Source of the DNA: Candidatus Saccharimonadota bacterium | GTDB lineage: Bacteria; Patescibacteriota; Gracilibacteria; UBA4473 | DNA length: 32,000 nucleotides | NCBI GenBank assembly: GCA_030429505.1 | Contig: JAUIFI010000001.1 | Span: 840,001 to 872,000, forward strand | Reading direction: 5' to 3' | In this document: in pieces, positions 15,996 through 24,015 of the stretch | Layout: each line of letters starts with the position of its first letter | How positions within the stretch are numbered: position 1 is the stretch's first letter | Position numbers and translations under genes: made by a program | Notes under the pieces: generated by a model | The model's database searches: none | Seen by the model: only the letters and a program-made list of their open reading frames with translations | Told to the model about the DNA's origin: nothing

Positions 15996-16691
15996 TTACA
16001 AAATCCCCTTAAAAGCCTTTTGAACAGAAAACTTCCGCTCATCAAATAAAATCGCTCCCTCTTCTAAGCGAATCACCCTCGGTGAAAATACTTGAATAAA
16101 CCAGGGATCATGAGTCGCCAAAAGAATCGTTAATTTTTTTTCTTCATGAAGTTTCTGAAAAAGCTCCCCAATCTCACGAGAATTTTTAGAATCCAAATTT
16201 CCTGTCGGCTCATCAGCTATTAGGATTTTGGGATCGTGTACCAAAGCTCTGGCAATAGCCACTCGTTGTTTCTCCCCCCCAGACAAAGACTCTGGAAACT
16301 GATGTCGACGATCCCATAAATCAACCAAAGACAAAAGTTCGCTCACTTTTGTACGAATAGCATCATCCTTTCCACATACCTCCAAAGCAAACGCTACATT
16401 TTCAAACACTGTCTTTTGAGGCAATAGACGAAAATCTTGAAATACCACTCCAATCTGACGACGATAAGATTGAATCGCTGTCAGCGACAGCTCCCTCAAA
16501 GACAATTTATCAAGTAATATCTGTCCTTTTGTTGGCTTTAATTCACCTATCAGCAATCGAAACAAAGACGACTTTCCCGCTCCCGAAGAACCAATAATTC
16601 CCACAATTTCTCCAGAATCAATCTTAAAATCAATATCACGCAAAACTGATTTCTTACGAATAGTCAAAGACACCTGATCAAATTGAAGCAT
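15996..16691 (-). CDS. ftsE: cell-division ABC ATPase FtsE
   Basis: MLQFDQVSLTI....VL.DIDFKIDSGEIVGIIGSSGAGKSSLFRLL (Walker A), LSGGEKQRVAIARALV (signature) and ILIADEPTGNLD (Walker B). The size is typical of FtsE. The ATG at 16691 is preferred over the upstream start. Confidence 0.85.
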   Translation of the reverse strand: MLQFDQVSLTIRKKSVLRDIDFKIDSGEIVGIIGSSGAGKSSLFRLLIGELKPTKGQILLDKLSLRELSLTAIQSYRRQIGVVFQDFRLLPQKTVFENVAFALEVCGKDDAIRTKVSELLSLVDLWDRRHQFPESLSGGEKQRVAIARALVHDPKILIADEPTGNLDSKNSREIGELFQKLHEEKKLTILLATHDPWFIQVFSPRVIRLEEGAILFDERKFSVQKAFKGIL

Positions 16692-16812
16692 AAGAGAAGT
16701 AAATACAAAAAAATTGTCCCACAAACCTTACTTTTTTCCAAAATAATGAAATATAAAAATCACCAATTTCTTGATTGTCTTACACACAAATTCCCTTTAT
16801 AAACAAATCAAT

Positions 16813-18117
16813 ATGAAATTTTTATACGAAACCTTCTTCTTCGAAGATTTTGTTTGGATCCCGGAAGAAAAAAAAGTGATTTTCAAATACTCCCTAGACG
16901 AAAAAATATCTTTTCAAGAAACATTTGTTTTTGATTTCGAATGGACCAAAAAAATTCCAAAAAGCATGCTAGAAAAAGCTCTTTTAGGACTCTGGATTAT
17001 GGCTGGCATTTCGTATTTTAAAACCTACCTGCCCCCTAAAATAAAAATTAAAAAATTCTCTCTTACCAGGTCACAAGCCCAATTTTTTACCAAAACCTAT
17101 ACCCTCGGGCTTGGAGAGTTTTGGTATCAAAATAACATCAATCCAAAAGATAAAATTAACTTTCCCTACCATTCCTCCCTTCCACAAACATCATCAGAAA
17201 AAACATCATTTCAAGGAAACCTGGTCCTTATCGGAGGAGGGAAAGACTCCATCACCACCGCTGAAATCCTAAAGTCACAAAACGAAGATTTCGAAACTCT
17301 TACCATCGGCAACTATGTCTTTTTTGACACAATGCTCAAAAAAATAGACAAAACACACCTCACGATTCACAGAAAATTAGATCTGAAACTCAAAGAAATA
17401 AACGCCCAAGGTGCATTCAATGGACACGTACCTATCTCGGCCATTCTTGCTTTTACAAGCATCATTGTTGCCATCCTTCGAGGTCGAAAAAATACCATCT
17501 TGTCTAACGAAAGCTCAGCCAACAATGAAAACACCAAAGCATTCGGAATCAACATCAATCATCAGTACTCTAAAAGTTTAGAATTCGAGCAAGACTTTCA
17601 AAACTATGTCAGAGAAAATATATCTTCAGATATAAACTATTTCTCATTTCTAAGACCTCTATCAGAACTTAAAATTGCTGAAGTATTTTGTAAAAATTGG
17701 TTCAAAAAATATCAAAAACACTTTGCCTCTTGTAACAAAAACTTCGTCATTAGTAACAAAAATAAAAAATTTTCTTGGTGCGGACAATGTCCCAAATGTG
17801 CTTTTGTATTCCTTCTTTTTTCTCCCTTTCTCACAAGACAAGAAGTAAATAATATCTTTGAAAAAGATCTTCTTAAAGATAAAAACCTCAAAAAAACCTT
17901 TCAAGAACTTGCAGGTATCAAAGGACAAAAACCCTTTGAATGCGTCGGAGAAGTATCAGAAATCCAGGAAGCCATCCGACTCGCTCTCAAAAAATCAGAC
18001 TGGAACGACCTAAAGCCTCTGCAAATGAAAAATCCACCATCCCACAACCATAAATTTTCTCTCCATAGCATGCCAAAAAAGTTTGAAAAAATACTCGCAA
18101 ACTTTCTCACAAAATGA
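16813..18117 (+). CDS. PP-loop (GGGKDS) ATP-pyrophosphatase-like protein with CxxCxxC; candidate MurL-type epimerase
   Basis: LVLIGGGKDSITTAEIL is a PP-loop-like motif and WCGQCPKCAFVFLL is a Cys cluster. The stop overlaps the ATG of the following MurD-like gene (ATGA at 18114-18117). The ATG at 16813 is preferred over the TTG at 16771. Confidence 0.6.
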   Translation: MKFLYETFFFEDFVWIPEEKKVIFKYSLDEKISFQETFVFDFEWTKKIPKSMLEKALLGLWIMAGISYFKTYLPPKIKIKKFSLTRSQAQFFTKTYTLGLGEFWYQNNINPKDKINFPYHSSLPQTSSEKTSFQGNLVLIGGGKDSITTAEILKSQNEDFETLTIGNYVFFDTMLKKIDKTHLTIHRKLDLKLKEINAQGAFNGHVPISAILAFTSIIVAILRGRKNTILSNESSANNENTKAFGININHQYSKSLEFEQDFQNYVRENISSDINYFSFLRPLSELKIAEVFCKNWFKKYQKHFASCNKNFVISNKNKKFSWCGQCPKCAFVFLLFSPFLTRQEVNNIFEKDLLKDKNLKKTFQELAGIKGQKPFECVGEVSEIQEAIRLALKKSDWNDLKPLQMKNPPSHNHKFSLHSMPKKFEKILANFLTK

Positions 18118-19388
18118 ATTTTCAAAAGATCAAAAATTTCAAAAAGATTCTTATCTATGGCTATGGCGTAGAAGGAAAATCAACAGAAATATTTTTTAAA
18201 AAACACTTTCCTGACATCACTATTGATATCCTTGATGATAACAAATCTATTCCTTCTACTGAGAAAAATATTTCTCAGCCACAATGGAAAAACTACGACC
18301 TCATCATTCTAAGTCCCGGGATTACTCGTTCCAAATTACCAAAGTCTGTACAATCAAAAATCACCAGCCAAATTGAACTTTTCTTTGAAAATATCTCTGA
18401 AGAAAAACGCCAACACACAATTGGCATCACCGGCACCAAAGGTAAATCTACCACCACAAAATTTGCCTTTGAAGTTCTCCAAAATGCAGGAAAGAAAGTC
18501 CAATATGGTGGTAATTACGGACTACCATTTTTAGATATATTTGATGATTTCATAAGCGACAAATTAGAATATATTATTCTTGAACTCTCCAGTTACCAAC
18601 TGGAAAGTCTACAAATATCTCCTGGTATTGCCATCTTTCTCAATCTTTTTCCAGATCACCTTGATCGACACAAAACATATGAAAGATATCACCAAGCAAA
18701 AAAAAACATCTACCTGCACCAAAGCAAAAACAACACTCTCATCATTCCAGATAATCATAAAGATCTAGCTCCCTCATCACCACTACAAAATCTCATATTC
18801 TCAAAACCTATTCCAGAAAAAATATTCCCAAAAAACTCTCTCTTTCAAGCTCAACATCTAAGAGAAAATTTCGGCACCATTCAAGCTCTCGCCAAAATAC
18901 TCAATATTTCAGAAACAATCGTTAAAAAAACTGCCCACAAATTTAAAGGTCTTCCACACAGGCTCGAATTCTTTACCGAAAAAAATCATATCCGTTTCTA
19001 CAACGACTCGATTTCAACCACCCCACAAAGCACAAGTGCCGCCATCAAAACATTCAGAGAAAAACTTGGCTCACTCATCATAGGAGGAAAAGACCGACAA
19101 ATCAACTACACTCCACTCGCACAAACGATTCGAAAAACAACTCCTGAAATAAACGTTATATTATTGAAGTCAGAAACCACAAAATCCATGACACAAGCAC
19201 TAAAAAAAGAACATATCTCGAATATTTTCGAAGCAAAAAATCTAAGCCAAGCCGTACAAATAGCCTTCAAATCGACCCCTCCACACACCATCTGCCTTCT
19301 CTCTCCAGCAGCATCCAGCTTTGACGCATTCCAAAATTTTCAAGATCGAGGCAATCAATTCAAAAAATTAGTTTTAGATTACAAATAA
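18114..19388 (+). CDS. murD: UDP-N-acetylmuramoyl-L-alanine--glutamate ligase (MurD family; possibly the L-Glu-adding MurD2 type)
   Basis: ILIYGYGVEGKSTEIFF is the N-terminal Rossmann-like region and IGITGTKGKSTTT is the Mur ligase P-loop. ...GLPHRLEF...F.NDS.STTP....AA and LLSPAASSFD.F.NF..RG..F are MurD C-terminal motifs. Confidence 0.85.
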   Translation: MNFQKIKNFKKILIYGYGVEGKSTEIFFKKHFPDITIDILDDNKSIPSTEKNISQPQWKNYDLIILSPGITRSKLPKSVQSKITSQIELFFENISEEKRQHTIGITGTKGKSTTTKFAFEVLQNAGKKVQYGGNYGLPFLDIFDDFISDKLEYIILELSSYQLESLQISPGIAIFLNLFPDHLDRHKTYERYHQAKKNIYLHQSKNNTLIIPDNHKDLAPSSPLQNLIFSKPIPEKIFPKNSLFQAQHLRENFGTIQALAKILNISETIVKKTAHKFKGLPHRLEFFTEKNHIRFYNDSISTTPQSTSAAIKTFREKLGSLIIGGKDRQINYTPLAQTIRKTTPEINVILLKSETTKSMTQALKKEHISNIFEAKNLSQAVQIAFKSTPPHTICLLSPAASSFDAFQNFQDRGNQFKKLVLDYK

Positions 19389-19549
19389 AACTAAATTGAC
19401 AGTAGGTCAAAAAAATGTAAAAGAAATATGATCAAAAGTGATCAAGCAGGCTTTTAACAAAGAATGACTTGATCGAAACGATCAAACGTTCTTTGAAAAT
19501 CGCAAGCAACCTAACAAAGACATATCAATTCATTGGAGGAGACGAATCA

Positions 19550-20875
19550 ATGAAAGCTTTGATAGTAATTTTTATAGCGGCTGTAGCAATAAGCACAGCT
19601 GCACAGCAAGAATATAATATTCAATATCTACTCTACCAAGGAGTAGAATATTACATCATTGACAATAACAATGACAATGACAATACTGTCAAAGTCACAG
19701 ATATGGCGGGACCATTTGGTCCCCTGTTTTACGAAAACGATACTCTAAAGGTAATATACTATTCTCTTCCGAGTATAGTATATTCAGGAAAGACAGTCCT
19801 ATCGTCTCCTGTAATCAAGCCTTCAGGTCATACTGAAGGCATTTACAAAGATACGGTAATGTCTATACCTCTGCCAGATGACACCTCAAGCACGAGGGAT
19901 TACGACAATCATCTCTGGGGACAAGGAGATGAAAAAAAGCATCAAAATACAGCCATAAAAACCGGAGAAAAATCAGCAGTAGGTGATCAAGCCATACTCA
20001 ATGGCGACACGATAAACCTAAAAAATAAGTACAATATTTACACTTGGAAAGGAAATGAAGTTATTGGCTTTGCTGGAGAATGGATTCCACTCATCCGAAC
20101 AGCAAGAACACCAACACAAAATAGCCATGAAGAAAGCTATAAAGGTTGGAAAGCTCGTGTTGGATCTGGTGTAATGAGCGTGGACACACAAAGCGTGACC
20201 ATGCTCAAAGCAGGGATTTCTGGACAAGCCGGAAAATTTATCTTCGGATTAGAAGGAAGTATTGGGCTACTAGAAGAAAGTAAAACAAGTAAAAAAGAGC
20301 CCCTCCAAGGGCAAATAGAGGTTGGATGGAGAGAGGATATCTGGTCTATAGCATTAAAAGGATGGGCAAACACAAACAACCTTGCTGATCCCGATGGAAA
20401 AGCAAGATACGGAACAGGAGGATATTTTCTACTGGCTCCTTCAAAAATCCCTATTAAAATAGCAATAGATGTCGACATCGGATTGACAAATGGTCTGATA
20501 GCAGGAGGGAAAATAACACTAGGGACAAAGGACTTCCCAATAATCCAAGAAAAATGGATTATAGGAGGGAAAATAAGACTATTAGTAGTTCGAACAAGTT
20601 CTCAATTTCAAGGAGTTGTTATTCCAAGAAGTCGAGAACAAATTTGGACCATAGGTGGAACCCTAGGGTACAAAACAAACTCCATTGCCTTCAAGTTTAT
20701 TCCCAATATCGGAATAAGTGATCAAGGAAGTGGACATTTTGATTTTTGGCTTGGAATAAAAGGAACAGCAGGAGAGCTAAATGGCTTCTCGGCTGGACTA
20801 AAAAACAGAAACTTCGTACTACCTCGGAATTTTCCAACAAGTTGGTGGGAAATTGAAATCGAAGTTCCCCTGTAA
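19550..20875 (+). CDS. secreted hypothetical protein with a beta-barrel-like C-terminal half
   Basis: GGAGG lies 10 nt before the ATG at 19550, followed by signal peptide MKALIVIFIAAVAISTAAQQ. The C-terminal half shows repeated alternating-hydrophobic strands rich in G and aromatics (KFIFGLEGSIGLL, IEVGWREDIWSIALKGW, YGTGGYFLL, IKIAIDVDIGL, WIIGGKIRLLV, IWTIGGTLGY, HFDFWLGIKG, WWEIEIEV). Confidence 0.6.
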   Translation: MKALIVIFIAAVAISTAAQQEYNIQYLLYQGVEYYIIDNNNDNDNTVKVTDMAGPFGPLFYENDTLKVIYYSLPSIVYSGKTVLSSPVIKPSGHTEGIYKDTVMSIPLPDDTSSTRDYDNHLWGQGDEKKHQNTAIKTGEKSAVGDQAILNGDTINLKNKYNIYTWKGNEVIGFAGEWIPLIRTARTPTQNSHEESYKGWKARVGSGVMSVDTQSVTMLKAGISGQAGKFIFGLEGSIGLLEESKTSKKEPLQGQIEVGWREDIWSIALKGWANTNNLADPDGKARYGTGGYFLLAPSKIPIKIAIDVDIGLTNGLIAGGKITLGTKDFPIIQEKWIIGGKIRLLVVRTSSQFQGVVIPRSREQIWTIGGTLGYKTNSIAFKFIPNIGISDQGSGHFDFWLGIKGTAGELNGFSAGLKNRNFVLPRNFPTSWWEIEIEVPL

Positions 20876-20901
20876 TAGCTTGCGACAAAGAATACACATA
20901 A

Positions 20902-20930
20902 GCCTTGGCAACGTAAAAAACTGCCGAGGC
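20902..20930. terminator. bidirectional hairpin terminator between convergent genes
   Basis: GCCTTGGCA (20902-20910) pairs with TGCCGAGGC (20922-20930) in a 9-bp stem with one G-U pair. T-rich sequence follows on the + strand (tttcttttat). Confidence 0.5.
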
Positions 20931-20936
20931 TTTCTT

Positions 20937-21101
20937 TTATTCTTCCACAAGTAACTGAATCTTAACTGGTTCCTCTTGAACCACCTCTATCTCAGCTCCA
21001 CAGAGTGAACACTCCAATACTTCTCCTTCTACGATGTCTGAACTTTCCACCACAAAACGACCTCGGCAGTCAGGACAGAAAATAGTAACATCAGTACACA
21101 T
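20937..21101 (-). CDS. LysW-like small zinc-ribbon protein (amino-group carrier protein family-like), 54 aa
   Basis: Below the ORF-track size cutoff. My minus-strand translation is MCTDVTIFCPDCRGRFVVESSDIVEGEVLECSLCGAEIEVVQEEPVKIQLLVEE*. It has two CxxC pairs, the GE..EC..CGAE.EVV core and an acidic C-terminus ending in Glu, as in LysW. No obvious SD. It lies 55 nt downstream of mutS. Confidence 0.5.
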   Translation of the reverse strand: MCTDVTIFCPDCRGRFVVESSDIVEGEVLECSLCGAEIEVVQEEPVKIQLLVEE

Positions 21102-21156
21102 AGAAGAATATGTTTATTTGTTTCTGGATCCCTTTGTACCAAATTGACAGCGAAAA

Positions 21157-23727
21157 TCAACTTTTCTTTTCCTGTAATGATCGTAAAATAAAAAGAGTAT
21201 CAAGAGCTTGTTTTGGCGTCAATTCATCCAAATTTTGCTTGCGTAAAAACATCTCCACCTCAGACTTTTTTTCTATCTCCACAATCTTTTCATGAGATCG
21301 AGAGAAAGAAAATAAATGTGGTTGTCCACTCAGAAGATTCTCCGACTCCAGCCGTGATAAAACTTGCTTGGCTTTTTCAATAACACTTTTCGGCAAACCC
21401 GCACTTTTCGCTACCTCAATTCCAAAAGAATCAGAAATACCTCCCTCAGCAATCTGACGCAAAAATACAATTCCATCCTTATTCTGAGAGACTGTCACAT
21501 GAAAATTCTTTCCTGCTCTCAGTTTTTCCACCAAATCCACCAATTCATGATAATGCGTCGCAAAAAGAGTCTTGGCTTTGATCTGATCATGAAGAAATTC
21601 CGTAATCGACCACGCCAAAGAAATTCCATCAAAAGTCGATGTTCCACGACCAATTTCATCTAAAATCACAAAACTCCGTTCAGTTGCCGCATTTAAAATC
21701 CGAGCCGTCTCTGTCATTTCCACAAAAAAAGTCGACTTTCCTCCCGCCAAATTATCAGAAGCTCCCACTCGCGTAAAAATTCGATCGCAAATTCCCATTC
21801 GCACTTTTTTCGCTGGCACAAAAGAACCAATTTGTGCTAATAAAATTATCAAAGCATTTTGGCGTAAAAATGTGGATTTTCCCGCCATATTTGGACCCGT
21901 AATCAAATGCATTCGAGAAGTTTCTCCATCCATTACCAAATCATTTGCAATAAAAGCCTCAGACGTAATCTTCTCTACCACCGGATGGCGTCCGTTCTCA
22001 ATCTCAAGCACAGAAGAATTATCAATGATCTCCGGACAAACCCATCGCCATCGCAACGCCGTCCGAACGAGTATAAACACCGCATCAATCTCAGACAAAG
22101 CCTTTGCCGCCTGCTGAATATCCTCTATATATTCCAATAACTTCTGCCGTAACTCCTCAAAAAGCTTATGTTCCAATTCATAAGACTCACTCTCAGCCCT
22201 TAACGCCCTTTCCTCGTATTCTGATAACTCTGGCGTCGTAAATCGCTCTGCATTAACCAGAGTTTGTCGACGAATCCAACTCTGTGGAACCTTGTCTTTA
22301 TGCGCCGAAGACACCTCCAAGCAAAATCCAAAATTCTTGGAATATTTAAGCTTCAAACTCGAAATACCAGATTCCTGTTTTTTTTGTTCTAAAAACTGGT
22401 CAAGCCATACCTGACCATTCTTCGTCAAACGCCTCAACTCATCCAATTTTTCGGAGACTCCATCCCGAAACATTCCACCGACCGTAATCTCAAGTGGTGG
22501 ATGATCCACCAATTTCTCACTTAGCACCTGATACAAAGACCCAAAAACACTCAAACAAGCCAATCTTTGCAAGAAAAAAGGAGACTTGAAATCCTTAAAT
22601 ATCTCTGAAATTGCCGGAAAAACAGCAAAAGAATCTCGAAAAAAAGCCAGATCTCGCGCATTTCCTTTGCCCGTAACCAAACGCGCCAAAATCCGTTCCA
22701 AATCACACACTCGAGCTAAATTTTCTCGTAAAATATCATGACACTCCACATGTCCTGACAATTCAACCAAAGCATCTTGTCGCTCCTGCAAAGCAATCAT
22801 AGACAATAAAGGATTCTGAAGCCATGAGTAAAGTCTTCTCGCTCCCATAGCCGTTAGACTCTTCTCAAAAACCGACCACAACGTTGCCGTGTTTTCATCC
22901 GCATACAATGGTTCAAAAATCTCTAAATGTCGATACGTTTGCTGATCCAGTTGCATAATTTCAGAAGTATCGTAACGCACGAGCTTAGAAATATGAGAAG
23001 CCTTTATCTTTTGTGTCTCTGCCAAATACTCCACTATCTGTCCCGAAACTACTATTAAGAGAGTGATTTTTTCAATACCAAACACATCTAAATGTTCCAA
23101 TCCAAAATGCTTTTTTAGAACCTCAGCCGCATTTTTTGATGATAAATTCTTCCGCGGAGTTATATGCACTTTCGGTAGCTTTTGACACCAACCCTCATCT
23201 GCAAACAAATCACTCGAGAGCAATATTTCACGAGGATTAAGCTTGTACAATTCATCAAAAAAAGACACTTCATTCTCAAACAAACACGTACGAAATTCCC
23301 CTGTTGCAAAGTCTGAATACGCCAAAGCAAAAGTATTTTTCTCACGCCCGATTGATACCAAAAGTGACGGTTTATCTCGCTTCAAAGTACCTTCTTCGAG
23401 TGAAGTCCCAGGAGTCACCACACGCACCACCTGGCGTGTAATCGCTTTAGTCTTCTCATCCTCGACTTGCTCTGCAATCGCCACCTTATACCCCTGTTCA
23501 ATTAACTTTTCCAAATATTCCTGATGCGCATGATGAGGAAACCCACACATCGGCATTTCATTTTCTGTGCCTCGATGCCTAGCCGTCAAAGTTAACCCCA
23601 ATAATCGAGAACCCACCTGTGCATCTTCGTAAAACAATTCATAAAAGTCCCCCAACCGAAAAAACAACAATGCTTCCGGATTTTGCTTCTTAAGTTCCCA
23701 ATACTGACGTTGCACTGGAGTAGACAT
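21157..23727 (-). CDS. mutS: DNA mismatch repair protein MutS
   Basis: 856 aa. The N-terminus is TPVQRQYWELKKQNPEALLFFRLGDFYELFYEDA (mismatch-binding domain), followed by ITGPNMAGKSTFLRQ (Walker A), DEIGRGTSTFDG and a TH..EL motif. Confidence 0.95.
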   Translation of the reverse strand: MSTPVQRQYWELKKQNPEALLFFRLGDFYELFYEDAQVGSRLLGLTLTARHRGTENEMPMCGFPHHAHQEYLEKLIEQGYKVAIAEQVEDEKTKAITRQVVRVVTPGTSLEEGTLKRDKPSLLVSIGREKNTFALAYSDFATGEFRTCLFENEVSFFDELYKLNPREILLSSDLFADEGWCQKLPKVHITPRKNLSSKNAAEVLKKHFGLEHLDVFGIEKITLLIVVSGQIVEYLAETQKIKASHISKLVRYDTSEIMQLDQQTYRHLEIFEPLYADENTATLWSVFEKSLTAMGARRLYSWLQNPLLSMIALQERQDALVELSGHVECHDILRENLARVCDLERILARLVTGKGNARDLAFFRDSFAVFPAISEIFKDFKSPFFLQRLACLSVFGSLYQVLSEKLVDHPPLEITVGGMFRDGVSEKLDELRRLTKNGQVWLDQFLEQKKQESGISSLKLKYSKNFGFCLEVSSAHKDKVPQSWIRRQTLVNAERFTTPELSEYEERALRAESESYELEHKLFEELRQKLLEYIEDIQQAAKALSEIDAVFILVRTALRWRWVCPEIIDNSSVLEIENGRHPVVEKITSEAFIANDLVMDGETSRMHLITGPNMAGKSTFLRQNALIILLAQIGSFVPAKKVRMGICDRIFTRVGASDNLAGGKSTFFVEMTETARILNAATERSFVILDEIGRGTSTFDGISLAWSITEFLHDQIKAKTLFATHYHELVDLVEKLRAGKNFHVTVSQNKDGIVFLRQIAEGGISDSFGIEVAKSAGLPKSVIEKAKQVLSRLESENLLSGQPHLFSFSRSHEKIVEIEKKSEVEMFLRKQNLDELTPKQALDTLFILRSLQEKKS

Positions 23728-24015
23728 CGCCTCGACATTGTTAATAAAATAAAAATTTTCGCAAGTTCGCTCTTTGAATTGATATTAATTCACTTTTTAA
23801 TCCACCATTTCAACACATATTTTCCTATAGACAAGAGACCATCGTTTCAAGACAGATAGTTTCTACAAATAAAAATATTTTACTCTTTATCATCAAAACT
23901 AGAAAAAAAGGCTTTGACACAAAAGAAAAAAACATAAAAATAATTATACTGGAGAATTAATATTTTTTTCATTTTCTCTCCACAGTTCTTTTTATTCACG
24001 GTCGGAGAAAAAACC

